NCBI GenBank assembly: GCA_026414165.1
Contig: JAOAJN010000003.1
Location: forward strand, 579-64,578
Length of the DNA: 64,000 bases
Source: Candidatus Methanomethylicaceae archaeon
GTDB taxonomy: Archaea; Thermoproteota; Methanomethylicia; Methanomethylicales; Methanomethylicaceae
Reading direction: 5' to 3'
Shown here: piece by piece, positions 20,675-31,155 of the stretch
Layout: each line of letters opens with the position of its first letter
How positions within the stretch are numbered: the stretch's first letter is position 1
Program-made: the position numbers and the translations under genes
The notes under the pieces: generated by a model
Databases searched by the model: none
What the model saw: the letters and a program-made list of their open reading frames with translations, nothing else
What the model was told of the DNA's origin: nothing

Positions 20675-21750
20675 GCAACCCTCCTTCCTACGAATCCTCT
20701 AAAGTCTATCCTTGAAGGACAGAAGGCTATGCAGTTTCCGCAGCCCACGCACCCCAGCATGTTGTACATTTTCTCCGAGAAGGGGAATTTGTGCTTCATT
20801 CGCCATTTGAACCGTTCATTCTTCGTCTTTAGGAAAGTCACCCCGCCAGCTATGCTACTATAGCCCCTCCTTTGACACGACATTCTTATCCTGACCCTTT
20901 CCACATTACCTGGATCCATAAGGCTGAACCTATCCTGTATATCTGAACAGTAACATGTCGGGCATACCACAGTGCAGGAAGAACAGAGTGTGCAACTCTC
21001 CAAGAGATCAGCAGGGTCTTTGCTTTCTATGCTCTTCTCATTGGCAGTGTCTAAGATATACTCCTCCTTCATCTTTGGCGAAAACTCTTCGATCTCCTCG
21101 ACGCCCTCCTCCGTCAGGAGGTTGCCTCCAATCGGAGATCTTGCCGAAACAATAAAGCTGTCTCCGTCCTTCCTTATAGAAAGGTCCGCATAACCCTTCG
21201 GGACTTTGTCGCCATCAACACTTTTACAGAAACAGTATTCGTCGCCTTCTTCGCATTCGAGGACTGCAATAAAAAGACCTTCTCTTCTTGCCCTGTAGTA
21301 CGGATCCACAGGATCTGAGAGCATCACTTTGTCGAGGTATCTGATCGAATTTACCATGCAGGGATGGATCCCAAAGAACGCAAGTCTGCCTCTTGGTGGC
21401 GAATACTCTGGAACTATAGTGATCGGGCAAGGTCCTTCGACTGTGGGAAACCTTATCTTCAGACCATATGATGTTATTGTGGCAGTACTCTTGTATCTGA
21501 AGAGTCGCTCCTTGTTCGGGAGGAGGAAGTCCTTTGGAGAGTTTAATGTTCTAACATAATTGATCTCGAGCTTTGTGGCATCTTCGAGTGGGACCAGTTT
21601 GACAACGCCGCCCTCTGAGGACGGCCCCACCACCTCAAAGCCTCTCTTCCGCAGATCCTGAACAAGGTCCAAGATCTCATGCCAAGATAATTTAGCCAAG
21701 GATCCTCGTCTCGTGATGGAGATCGATGCGAGGCTAATATATTTTTTCAT
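20671..21750 (-). CDS. hydB: Sulfhydrogenase beta subunit (4Fe-4S, AsrA-like)
   Basis: DPYYRARR, CFC, CTLCSSCTVVCPTCYC, CVGCGNCIAFCP. Confidence 0.85.
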   Translation of the reverse strand: MKKYISLASISITRRGSLAKLSWHEILDLVQDLRKRGFEVVGPSSEGGVVKLVPLEDATKLEINYVRTLNSPKDFLLPNKERLFRYKSTATITSYGLKIRFPTVEGPCPITIVPEYSPPRGRLAFFGIHPCMVNSIRYLDKVMLSDPVDPYYRARREGLFIAVLECEEGDEYCFCKSVDGDKVPKGYADLSIRKDGDSFIVSARSPIGGNLLTEEGVEEIEEFSPKMKEEYILDTANEKSIESKDPADLLESCTLCSSCTVVCPTCYCSDIQDRFSLMDPGNVERVRIRMSCQRRGYSSIAGGVTFLKTKNERFKWRMKHKFPFSEKMYNMLGCVGCGNCIAFCPSRIDFRGFVGRRVA

Positions 21751-21898
21751 TCACAAGTTAATGCCCAAATACCATTAAATGACAGTCCTAAAGTGCTTTG
21801 GGTGAAGGGCTCACAAAATGTAAAACTTCGTGTATATATGTAAAGCAATACATTTTTAAATGTACACGCCTCTTTTACTCATTCTGTTGGTGTACGCG

Positions 21899-23302
21899 TT
21901 GCTCAAAGTCATAGATACAACCATCAGAGACGGTCAACAGTCTCTATTTGCTACTAGAGTAAAGATCGAAGATATTTTGCCAATACTGGATAAGATGGAC
22001 GAGGCAGGCTTTTATGGATTGGAGGCGTGGGGCGGGGCGACTTTCGACTCTTGTATAAGGTACTTGAATGAAGATCCTTGGGATAGGCTGAGGAGTATAA
22101 AAAGGAGCCTAAAGAAGACCAAGGTGGTAATGCTGCTAAGAGGAAAGAACCTTGTTGGTTACAAACATTATCCTGACGAAGTTATTGAAGACTTTGTGAA
22201 GAAGGCGTACGAGAACGGCGTGGATGTTTTCAGGATATTCGACGCTCTAAACGATGTCAACAATCTGAAGAAGGCAGTATCCTCTGCAGTTAGCGTCGGT
22301 GCAGAGGTCCACGGAGATGTTGTCTACACTCTCAGCCCTATCCATACGGTGGATCATTTCATAGAAGTTGCGAAGAAGATAGCAGAGCTTGGCGTGAATG
22401 CCATAAGGATAAAGGACATGGCAGGACTGCTGGCGCCGAGAGCAGCTTATGATATTGTGAGGGGCATAAGAAAGGAGACAGGTCTACCTGTCGGGTTGCA
22501 TTGTCATTATACTTGCGGACTTGCATCTCTTTCTTATATGAAGGGCATAGAGGCGGGTGCCGAATACATAGACACGGCGCTATTCCCTTTTGCTTTTGGA
22601 GCTTCCCAGCCAGCCATAGAGACTATATACGAGGCGCTACGTGGGACGGGGCATCTGAGTCATCTTAACATAGAGCTGATATATGAGTGCGCCGACTACT
22701 TTGAGAAGATTAGGGAAAAATACAAGGGATATACTTCTGAGGCCACAGAGAGAATTGATCCTAGGGCTTTGAGACATCAAATACCTGGAGGGATGCTCTC
22801 CAATCTTGTAGCTCAGCTTAAAGAGTACAACGCACTCTCAAAGATGGAAGAGGTTCTGAAGGAAGTTCCAATCGTCAGGAGAGATCTGGGCTATCCGCCG
22901 CTAGTGACTCCAATGAGTCAGATCGTAGGAACTCAGGCTGTAATGAATGTTATAATGGGTGCAAGGTACGGGACAATAATAAAGGAACTTGAGAATTACG
23001 TAAGAGGTTTCTATGGGAAATCTCCTGGTGAGATCAGTAGAGAGTTAATAGAGAGAGTCAAGCCAACAGACCCTCCAAAAGACTTATCGTTCAATAACAT
23101 TCCAGAGGATGTTAAAACATTATTTAGAAAAGAAGAGGACGTGCTTACGTATCTGCTCTTCCCTCAGATTGCCGTTCCATTCCTCAAGGGCGAAATGAAG
23201 TCTTTATTGCCCAACAACAAGGAGAAGAGGAAGGACATAAAATGGTTCAGAGTGAAAGTGGGCAACGAGGAGATAGAAGTCAAAATTGAGAGCGAGGACT
23301 AA
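21899..23302 (+). CDS. Pyruvate/oxaloacetate carboxyltransferase (PycB/OadA-type) without biotinyl domain
   Basis: DTTIRDGQQSL, WGGATFD, IKDMAG, HCH, HQIPGGM, YPPLVTP.SQ; no EAMKM motif; probable TTG start at 21899. Confidence 0.85.
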   Translation: MLKVIDTTIRDGQQSLFATRVKIEDILPILDKMDEAGFYGLEAWGGATFDSCIRYLNEDPWDRLRSIKRSLKKTKVVMLLRGKNLVGYKHYPDEVIEDFVKKAYENGVDVFRIFDALNDVNNLKKAVSSAVSVGAEVHGDVVYTLSPIHTVDHFIEVAKKIAELGVNAIRIKDMAGLLAPRAAYDIVRGIRKETGLPVGLHCHYTCGLASLSYMKGIEAGAEYIDTALFPFAFGASQPAIETIYEALRGTGHLSHLNIELIYECADYFEKIREKYKGYTSEATERIDPRALRHQIPGGMLSNLVAQLKEYNALSKMEEVLKEVPIVRRDLGYPPLVTPMSQIVGTQAVMNVIMGARYGTIIKELENYVRGFYGKSPGEISRELIERVKPTDPPKDLSFNNIPEDVKTLFRKEEDVLTYLLFPQIAVPFLKGEMKSLLPNNKEKRKDIKWFRVKVGNEEIEVKIESED

Positions 23303-23363
23303 CAGCAGAGGTATAAATATTCAAACACTAAATACTTGATTAATCATTACTTCTGAGTTTGGG

Positions 23364-24419
23364 GTGTTAAGTTTGGACATGGAGTTGCTGAGGAAAGTGA
23401 GCGAAGCGCCAGGCATATCGGGGTTCGAGTATGGTATAGCTGAGATCATCAAGAAAGAACTTGAAGGGCATACTGATAAAATAGAGGAGGACGCCTTTGG
23501 AAACCTTTACGTTCATAAGGGCAAGGGACCCAAGACCATAATGATAACAGCCCATACCGACGAAATAGGACTCATAGTTAAGCATATTGATGAAAAAGGC
23601 TTCATAAGGTTTGCAAAGGTTGGAGGGGTTCCAGACCATGTGCTCCTCGGTCAGAGGGTTCAAGTTCATGGGAAGAACAAAAAGCTAAGCGGAACTATAG
23701 GGTGTAAGGCCATACATGTGATGAAAGAGGACGAGAGAAAGCAGTTGGTGACCTATGACAAGATGTTTGTAGATACTGGTGCCACTAAAGACCAGCTGAC
23801 GAAATATGGAGTCAGGGTTGGCACCCCTATAACTATTGAGAGAGGGGTGACAGAGCTCGAAAATGGTCTGATAGTAGGAAGGGCAATGGACGACAGGGCA
23901 GGATGCTACATGCTTATTGAGGCTCTAAAGAATGCAAACCCCGTGAACAGAATCGTGGGAGTGTTCACAGTGCAGGAGGAGGTCGGACTGAGGGGAGCAA
24001 CAGTAAGTTCTTTTTCGGTGAGACCAGACGTGGGAATAGCCATAGACACAACAATTGCTGGGGATCACCCTGAGATAGGAGAGAGCGAGGCTCCAATTAA
24101 ACTGGGTTCTGGACCAACTTTGGTAGTTGCGGACGGGAGGCGGGACTCGCTCGGAGGAGGGCTCATAGCCAACCCGCTAGTCATCCAGTGGCTGACAGAT
24201 TTGGCAGAAAAGTCGAATATAAAGTGCCAGTTTGAGGTTTTGGAAGGGGGGACAACGGACGCGACCGCAATACAGCTTTCCAGGGAGGGCGTTCCTTCCG
24301 GCTGTATAGCGATCCCAGCTAGATATGTGCACAGCTTTAGTGAAGTTGTTTCCAAAAACGACATAGAGTCTGGTGTAAGATTACTGGTAAGCATTATGGA
24401 GAACCCAGTGCCATTCTAG
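23364..24419 (+). CDS. M42 family (TET/FrvX) aminopeptidase
   Basis: AHTDEIG, DDRAG, QEEVGLRGA, GTTDA, RYVHS. Confidence 0.92.
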   Translation: MLSLDMELLRKVSEAPGISGFEYGIAEIIKKELEGHTDKIEEDAFGNLYVHKGKGPKTIMITAHTDEIGLIVKHIDEKGFIRFAKVGGVPDHVLLGQRVQVHGKNKKLSGTIGCKAIHVMKEDERKQLVTYDKMFVDTGATKDQLTKYGVRVGTPITIERGVTELENGLIVGRAMDDRAGCYMLIEALKNANPVNRIVGVFTVQEEVGLRGATVSSFSVRPDVGIAIDTTIAGDHPEIGESEAPIKLGSGPTLVVADGRRDSLGGGLIANPLVIQWLTDLAEKSNIKCQFEVLEGGTTDATAIQLSREGVPSGCIAIPARYVHSFSEVVSKNDIESGVRLLVSIMENPVPF

Positions 24420-24420
24420 A

Positions 24421-25131
24421 GTGTCGAAAATGCCCATAGAGCGTGAACTTCACTTCGACAAGGTTAATGAGGCGCATGAGAAAGGTAGGATAGACGACAA
24501 TGTTCTGAAAAGCTTCTTCGAGAGATTGCCAATGCTTGAAAGATCAGTATCCTCAGTTGAGAGGGCTTTTGGTTTAGACTATCCGCCGATATCGTTTAAC
24601 CCGAACCTTGTTATAGTAAAATACCCCAATGGCTTCTCTCAAACAGTAATCTACGCGTCCACCCAGATCCAGAGATTGAACGGCAAATTTAGATTATGTG
24701 TCGAACTCACACTGCCCTTCCTTCTCTTTGCCAAAGAGGAACTCCTAAGGGCATGTTTGGCACATGAGTTTCTGCACTACATTTTCATAACCTTAACTCT
24801 TAGCAGCAGATCTCTTGAAGAACTTGCCCCCGAAAAACCAACAACCCCTGACCTTCAGCTCGCTTTCGATGAAGGCCATACGGTGAAAGCTGAAGAGTGG
24901 ATTAAAGATGAGGAGTTGCTAGGCCTAATTATGAAATATTTTACTCCAATGATATCAGACCAAGAATTGGAGGAGAGCATCAGAGAGAAGTGGGTAAATA
25001 GAATGCTCCCAATAAGAGAGATATCGGTAGACGATAACATGCTTAGAATACCTTTAATAGAGTTGGATAGGATTCCCTTAGACCAAAGGATAATAGAGGC
25101 CGCAAAGGCAAAATCCCATAGATCGAGGTAA
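24421..25131 (+). CDS. Hypothetical protein with HExxH zincin motif
   Basis: LAHEFLHY; operonic with the M42 peptidase. Confidence 0.6.
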   Translation: MSKMPIERELHFDKVNEAHEKGRIDDNVLKSFFERLPMLERSVSSVERAFGLDYPPISFNPNLVIVKYPNGFSQTVIYASTQIQRLNGKFRLCVELTLPFLLFAKEELLRACLAHEFLHYIFITLTLSSRSLEELAPEKPTTPDLQLAFDEGHTVKAEEWIKDEELLGLIMKYFTPMISDQELEESIREKWVNRMLPIREISVDDNMLRIPLIELDRIPLDQRIIEAAKAKSHRSR

Positions 25132-25268
25132 GGTAGCATACCGAGCGAGGATCCTACATCCTGTTTTTGGAGGAATTTTTCAATTTTATCTGCATTAGTC
25201 GCAAAACCTCATAATCCAAAGTCCATCTTTTTATACCATTTATTATTTAACGTAGTTAGGTGCCCAGT

Positions 25269-26516
25269 ATGGACTTCATGGTGAAGGATCTCGGATTGGC
25301 AGAGAGGGGAAGGAATTTACTAAAATGGGCAGAGGATCATATGCCCGTCCTAATGGAAATTAGAAGAAGATTCTCGGCGGAAAAGCCCCTTGAAGGGATT
25401 AAGATCGGTGCTTGTCTCCATGTGACAAAAGAGACTGGTGTGTTGATGAGAACTCTTAAAGCAGGGGGTGCCAGCGTTGCCCTCGCAGCATCCAACCCCC
25501 TTTCAACTCAAGACGAAGTTGCGGCAGCTCTGGCAGCCGAAGGCATAAATGTCTACGCTTGGAAGGGCCAGAAAAAGGAAGAATATTACAACTGTATTAC
25601 CTTGGTCCTTAAGCACAAACCCTCAATAACTATGGACGATGGTGCCGACTTGGTGACCGAGCTGCACTCTGGAAAGTGGGACTTCGGTGTGATAGGAGGT
25701 ACAGAGGAAACTACAACTGGAGTTATGAGGCTCAGAGCAATGGCTGACAGAGGAGTCTTAAAGTACCCCATAATTGCAGTTAACAATGCGGAGACAAAGT
25801 GGGATTTCGATAATGTGTATGGAACCGGTCAGAGCACGATCGACGGAATTCTGAGGGCTACCAATGTACTATTGGCTGGCAAAAAATTCGTTATTGCAGG
25901 GTACGGACATTGTGGGAGGGGGCTCGCAAACAGGGCAAGAGGTATGGGCGCACGCGTTATAATCACCGAGGTTGACCCGATAAAGGCGCTAAAGGCAGTC
26001 ATGGATGGTTTTGATGTTATGCCAATGGATGAGGCTGCAAAAGTGGGAGACATATTTGTTACCGCTACGGGGAATAAGAACGTCATAAGGAAGGAACATT
26101 TCAAGGTGATGAAGGACGGCGCGATCTTGGCTAATACAGGGCACTTCAATGTTGAGGTAGACTTGAAAGGGCTAGAAGAGTTAAAGGTTGGTAAGGCAAA
26201 AATAAAGGAATCCGTTGAAGAGTACGATCTGGGCGATGGAAGGAAGTTGTACCTGTTGGCTGAGGGGAGGCTCGTGAACCTTGCCGCTGCAGAGGGGCAC
26301 CCCAGCGAGGTGATGGACATGAGCTTCGCAAACCAGGCCCTCTCGGTAGAGTATATCTTGAAGAATTCTGGGAGTATGAGAGCGGCAGTTTACGACGTCC
26401 CAAAGGAGATAGACGAGACCGTAGCGAGGCTAAAACTCAAAATGATGGGAATCAGGATAGATGCCATGACCGATGAACAATTAAATTACCTCAGAGGCTG
26501 GTGGGAGGGGACATAG
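25269..26516 (+). CDS. ahcY: S-adenosylhomocysteine hydrolase
   Basis: [43 protein letters not shown]. Confidence 0.97.
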   Translation: MDFMVKDLGLAERGRNLLKWAEDHMPVLMEIRRRFSAEKPLEGIKIGACLHVTKETGVLMRTLKAGGASVALAASNPLSTQDEVAAALAAEGINVYAWKGQKKEEYYNCITLVLKHKPSITMDDGADLVTELHSGKWDFGVIGGTEETTTGVMRLRAMADRGVLKYPIIAVNNAETKWDFDNVYGTGQSTIDGILRATNVLLAGKKFVIAGYGHCGRGLANRARGMGARVIITEVDPIKALKAVMDGFDVMPMDEAAKVGDIFVTATGNKNVIRKEHFKVMKDGAILANTGHFNVEVDLKGLEELKVGKAKIKESVEEYDLGDGRKLYLLAEGRLVNLAAAEGHPSEVMDMSFANQALSVEYILKNSGSMRAAVYDVPKEIDETVARLKLKMMGIRIDAMTDEQLNYLRGWWEGT

Positions 26517-26518
26517 AC

Positions 26519-27295
26519 ATGGATATGAAAGAGGTAGCAGAAAAGATCTACAAATACATTAAACCAAAGTCCAAGGTTGTAGGTATAAGATTCTTCAAGA
26601 GCAGAACAGAAGCGGAGGGAATGCTTAAGGCATTAAGGAGACCGAGAAAAAGACTCACCATATGTCAGATTATAAATACAGCAAGGCTTTATGGATGGAC
26701 TTGGGCGGTATTCTCAGAGGACGTTGATTGTGTTCTTGGATCTTCGGTTCTTGGACTGAGGGAGGTTGATGAGAGCTTTAAAAGTGGAGAGATCTTCATA
26801 AAGCTTGGATATGTAACGGACAGGGATGCGGCAAAGAATTTTGCAGACTCTGTTCCAAAAATGAGGGATAGAGTTGAGGGGTTTGTTGTTGGTCCCTTGG
26901 AGGGGCTTGAAGTGCAACCCGATCTGGTAATCATATATGGTAACGGGGCTCAGATGATGAGAGTTATAAACGGGGCAGTCTATGCGACTGGAGAGAGGCT
27001 CAAATTCGGCGCGATAGGCGATATAGGCATCTGTGGCGATGGTATTGCTGAGGCTTATAACACACAAAAGCCGCAGTTAGTAGTTGCTTGCTATGGAGAG
27101 AGGAGGTTCGGACATACATCGGACGATGAAATAGCCATGGTCATACCATTCAAATATTTAGAAAAATTTGTTGAGGGACTTGAGAAGACACACAACGCAG
27201 GCATAAGATACCCTATTCCGATAGCCGCAACCATTGCCGAACTTGACATTCCTGAGGTTTTAAGAGTCCAGCCTAAGGAGAAAGGGCAGCCCTAA
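26519..27295 (+). CDS. DUF169 (COG2043) family protein
   Basis: CQ..AR..G, C..G..LG, PDLVIIYG...Q.MR, C.G.R. Confidence 0.8.
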   Translation: MDMKEVAEKIYKYIKPKSKVVGIRFFKSRTEAEGMLKALRRPRKRLTICQIINTARLYGWTWAVFSEDVDCVLGSSVLGLREVDESFKSGEIFIKLGYVTDRDAAKNFADSVPKMRDRVEGFVVGPLEGLEVQPDLVIIYGNGAQMMRVINGAVYATGERLKFGAIGDIGICGDGIAEAYNTQKPQLVVACYGERRFGHTSDDEIAMVIPFKYLEKFVEGLEKTHNAGIRYPIPIAATIAELDIPEVLRVQPKEKGQP

Positions 27296-28265
27296 CCATA
27301 GCCTTGATGTTCCTCGTAGGGGTTCGCGGGGCGATACCACAGCTCGGCGCCAATATGTCCACCCCGGAATCTATTGCCTGCTTTGAGGCTTTGAAGACCT
27401 CCTCCTCAGTGCCCATCAGAAGCACTCCTGCGGAGGGAACATTTCCAACTATTGCGACTCTTCTGTCTTTTAGTATAGATTTTGCGGTGTTCAAGTCAAC
27501 TTTCTCCTCTATGCTGAGAGCAGAGAAGCCACAGTCGGCCATATGACTCAAGATTGGGGTCGCATTCCCACAGATGTGGAGGATTGACGTCTTTGCCACG
27601 TTTGCAATGCTCTTCAGGGGGCTTTTGGAGAACTTTTCGAACATCCTAGGACTCAAAACCGAGGGCGATGCGGTAGGATCGGCAGGAGCAATAATATCGG
27701 CGCCCTCTTGTATCAGAGCTTTCGTATAAATAACACAAGCATCCTCTGCGGCCTCTATGTATTTCGCGACCTCGTCTGGTTTTTTGATCATCATCAAGCA
27801 GAGGCGCTCAACGCCAAGAAGGTGACCAGCCAATGTGGTAGGTCCTTCGAATCCCACGATTAATGGTACGTCAAACTTCATTTCCTTAATTTTGTGGATA
27901 GCATCAAATATTGTCTGGATCCTGGTACTTTCTAATAGCTTTTCAGTGTTTGGGGTTTTGCCTTGATCGTAAAGGGTTTTTGCAACTGCTGGTTGACGAT
28001 CGTTCCTACCCCGGTCTATGATGCAGCCCATCGACTCGGCCAAGACTGTTAGGCAGAACGGAATCCGGACACCCTCCAAGCCCGCCACGGTGTGTGCAGC
28101 CGAGGCCAATTTTGCCATCAGATCCGCATCAAAGCTCGCATCCGGCCAGTAAGCCCCAGAAGCCTCCATAAGTTCGCAAGTTCCAGTCTGGGTAGCTGAA
28201 AGAACAGACGGACGGTCGACGCGTTCATAATTTAAAATCTTGAGCGTCCTTTCTTTTGGGGTCAT
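27273..28265 (-). CDS. mtaA: MtaA/CmuA-family methylcobamide:CoM methyltransferase (UroD fold)
   Basis: ATQTGT, PFCLTVLAESMGC, GPTTLA, DPTAS, LHICG and PSCG zinc ligands; ATG at 28265 after GGTGAGGA. Confidence 0.88.
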   Translation of the reverse strand: MTPKERTLKILNYERVDRPSVLSATQTGTCELMEASGAYWPDASFDADLMAKLASAAHTVAGLEGVRIPFCLTVLAESMGCIIDRGRNDRQPAVAKTLYDQGKTPNTEKLLESTRIQTIFDAIHKIKEMKFDVPLIVGFEGPTTLAGHLLGVERLCLMMIKKPDEVAKYIEAAEDACVIYTKALIQEGADIIAPADPTASPSVLSPRMFEKFSKSPLKSIANVAKTSILHICGNATPILSHMADCGFSALSIEEKVDLNTAKSILKDRRVAIVGNVPSAGVLLMGTEEEVFKASKQAIDSGVDILAPSCGIAPRTPTRNIKAMVRAALSP

Positions 28266-28300
28266 ATTCCTCACCAAGGGAAAAAAGAAAAAGAAGTATT

Positions 28301-29977
28301 TTAGAATTCCTCGAACTTGAGGAACTTCTCCTTCTCCTCGGGCGTGTAGCCACGTCTCCACCTGCGCCTCGCCCACTCAAAGACGTATATTAAGGTCACC
28401 ACAGCAGCGATGAGCGAAACAGTTCCAGGAACGACGGCTCCCGCACTATAATTCCACCATGCGCCGTAGATGGATGCGGGAAGGGATATGCCGAGAAGTG
28501 TGACCAACATCGCGATCCTCCAGAATATAGGATTCTTGTCATGAAGTCTGCACCACTCTCCGACAATTATAAAGGAGAAGACCGCTAAGGATGTGGAGAG
28601 AATCGGAAATAGAGCCCATATCTGCAGGTAGGCGCCGCTCAGCGCAAGACCTATGACGAGACAGGCAGTAATTGTGGCAGCGATCCACCTTGAAGCAGAG
28701 ACATATCTTGTTATCTTCTTCTTTGTCACTAGTTGGACGAATTCTATACCTAGGACGCGCATGTTTCTGAAGCCCGAATAGAAAGTACTCATTATAAAGA
28801 CCATCACAACCCACATACCAAATACTTTCAGTAGTGTGGGATCCGCGAAAGGCATTATAGAACCTACGATCTTCGCGAAGCCGAGCCCAAAGGCAGCAGT
28901 CCATCCAGCCTTTAATGCAGGTATATATGTACTGACTGGTAGGACTAGCATCGCCAAGAATGCGGTCCAAAGACCAACGCTTTCGAGAACCTCTCCGCCG
29001 TATCCGATAATTCTAACCCACCTTTCCTCTGGGAAACGCTTACACGTGTAAGCACCTATCCAGAAAACATGCATACCAGTAAGAGCCCCGCATGACACCA
29101 TCATAGTTATTCCTGGATAGAACCACCCGCTGGGAGTCAATGCCTTGTCATAGAATAGGAGGGCAGGATAATCGGTTATGGGGAAGTTTCCCACCAGGGC
29201 GCCTAGAAACAGCAAAACAACTCCAGTAGCCATGTATAAGAACATCATGAAATTTGATGGTTCCGAGTAGAGCCAGTTTGGTAGACATGCCGCCAATATT
29301 CCAACTATCGCAAGAAACACGTACCATGCTTCAGCAGACATCTTAAACGGATAAAGTAGACCCACATAAATCGCGACAAGAAATATAATGTACTGGATGA
29401 TGCCGACCAGCCAAATCGGCCAACCCTTCCTATAAAGAAGGTAGCCGAAGGGAGGACCTATAACCGCAAGTAAAAGAACGGGGACAAATAGAGCAGGCGT
29501 AGAAGTGGTCCCAGCCACAACCAGTCTGACAAAAGCAGCACAGAAACTGACTATGGCAATATATCCAATAAATGTGAATAAAATTCCCGAGAGAGGTGTT
29601 ATCCACCTGTATGAGACCTCGCTGGCGGTCTGTCCACGCTCACGCATCATCACGAAACCTGTGGCGTAGTCGTGGACTGACCCCAAGAATATGTTAACCG
29701 GCAATACGTACAAAATGCCCGATGCCCAACCCCACTGGGCGATGGCCACACCCCCAGACAGCGGTGCGCCTCCCGCTGTTGCCGCCCAATGATCACCAAA
29801 TAGAGATATTGGATTTGCGGGGTAGAAGTCGAAGTCATCTCTAAAGGCGCATGCAGGAGTCTTTCTACTAGGATCTGGAGTGAAGTATGCCTTCTCAAGT
29901 CTCTTAGAAACAACGAAGACGCCAAAGAGATAGAACGCGATTGCTATTATCACTAGGTAGGCAGTAGTCATTTCCAT
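28301..29977 (-). CDS. Divergent CstA-family transporter
   Basis: TPA....D..D..P....LFG.H...AG..P, WGW, GSVHD, CGALTG.H, IGYGG..LES match CstA motifs. Confidence 0.75.
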   Translation of the reverse strand: MEMTTAYLVIIAIAFYLFGVFVVSKRLEKAYFTPDPSRKTPACAFRDDFDFYPANPISLFGDHWAATAGGAPLSGGVAIAQWGWASGILYVLPVNIFLGSVHDYATGFVMMRERGQTASEVSYRWITPLSGILFTFIGYIAIVSFCAAFVRLVVAGTTSTPALFVPVLLLAVIGPPFGYLLYRKGWPIWLVGIIQYIIFLVAIYVGLLYPFKMSAEAWYVFLAIVGILAACLPNWLYSEPSNFMMFLYMATGVVLLFLGALVGNFPITDYPALLFYDKALTPSGWFYPGITMMVSCGALTGMHVFWIGAYTCKRFPEERWVRIIGYGGEVLESVGLWTAFLAMLVLPVSTYIPALKAGWTAAFGLGFAKIVGSIMPFADPTLLKVFGMWVVMVFIMSTFYSGFRNMRVLGIEFVQLVTKKKITRYVSASRWIAATITACLVIGLALSGAYLQIWALFPILSTSLAVFSFIIVGEWCRLHDKNPIFWRIAMLVTLLGISLPASIYGAWWNYSAGAVVPGTVSLIAAVVTLIYVFEWARRRWRRGYTPEEKEKFLKFEEF

Positions 29978-30130
29978 AGGATTTTCACCTTTTTGCTCCA
30001 GTATTAAAAATATTTATGTTACTCTATATAATATTTTTGAAAAATTTTATATTTTGAGTGCCAATATAAATGTAATATATAATTGTGATATAAAATTTTA
30101 GTTTGTTCTAAGTAAAACGCTTAATAAAAA

Positions 30131-30769
30131 TCATGAAATTAAAAACCTTAAAATTATTATTAAAAACCAGAATAGTAAAACACCTATGGAGATCACTTCC
30201 ATATATTTTTCCAACTTCAGATGCCTGAATATTGCCTCAAAGACCTTACCACCGTCCATAAGGGGTGCTGGGATCGCGTTAATAGTCAAAAGCCAAAAGT
30301 TGGCAACGGACATTATGTGCAAATGGGGGCTCAAAGTTAGGAATGGGAGAAACAGCAAAAATAGCAATAAGTTGGATCCCAAACCGCTCGAATAAAATGG
30401 TAGCTGGATTTTAGAATAAGTTTCGGGGGTTATGTCAGCCTTAACGAATCCGCCCCAGATGCCAGATATAGAGATCCCCGTCGAGATGTTCTTGACCTCC
30501 CTGTTTGCGAGAACAACTATGTGAGAAAACTCGTGTATGAAAAGACCTAATATTAAAGCGATGATTAAAAATATGAATGTGAAGGAGTCTATGAGAAAAG
30601 GTAAGAAAAATTTTGGAATAGATCCACAGGCAAAGAATAGGGTTATACATGCGAGAACAAATGGAACAGATAAAAACCCAAGGCTGCAAACAACAACCTC
30701 ATAGGTTTTGAAGGCTTTTTTGTTCGATTTGCAGGTTTTCACTATTGCCTCTGTGATCAGAAGCCTCAC
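30131..30769 (-). CDS. Site-2 protease (M50) intramembrane metalloprotease
   Basis: IHEFSH in a TM segment and NAIPAPLMDGG. Confidence 0.88.
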   Translation of the reverse strand: MRLLITEAIVKTCKSNKKAFKTYEVVVCSLGFLSVPFVLACITLFFACGSIPKFFLPFLIDSFTFIFLIIALILGLFIHEFSHIVVLANREVKNISTGISISGIWGGFVKADITPETYSKIQLPFYSSGLGSNLLLFLLFLPFLTLSPHLHIMSVANFWLLTINAIPAPLMDGGKVFEAIFRHLKLEKYMEVISIGVLLFWFLIIILRFLIS

Positions 30770-30776
30770 TTTCCAA

Positions 30777-31103
30777 TCATGTTTGTTTCTTGTACTCTTT
30801 GTAAGCGTCCAGCCCAGCCTTAGTCAATGTGAGTTTTGATGTTATTAGTCCTTTCTTCTCTTTCAGATACCCCATCGCTACGAGATCCTTGACTGCTAAT
30901 CTGAACATATCAGCCCAACCTTTCGTGCCAGCGGCGGTGCCCTTTATTCCGCTGTCCTTCCTCTTCGTCATTTCACTAGAAACATATCCAAGCACATCGC
31001 CGCTACCAATTTCAACCGATTCTATTTTGCTCTCGTCCCCAACTTTTTTTAGTATTCCTTCGATTATCAGTTCTTGCATAACTGTAAATTTTTTCTTTTC
31101 CAT
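30777..31103 (-). CDS. Hypothetical basic protein, probable winged-helix
   Basis: C-terminal AVKDLVAMGYL...LTLTKAG pattern typical of wHTH. Confidence 0.55.
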   Translation of the reverse strand: MEKKKFTVMQELIIEGILKKVGDESKIESVEIGSGDVLGYVSSEMTKRKDSGIKGTAAGTKGWADMFRLAVKDLVAMGYLKEKKGLITSKLTLTKAGLDAYKEYKKQT

Positions 31104-31155
31104 TATGAAAACCCGAATAACTATATATTTGCAGAGAATATAAAAAAATTTTTAG

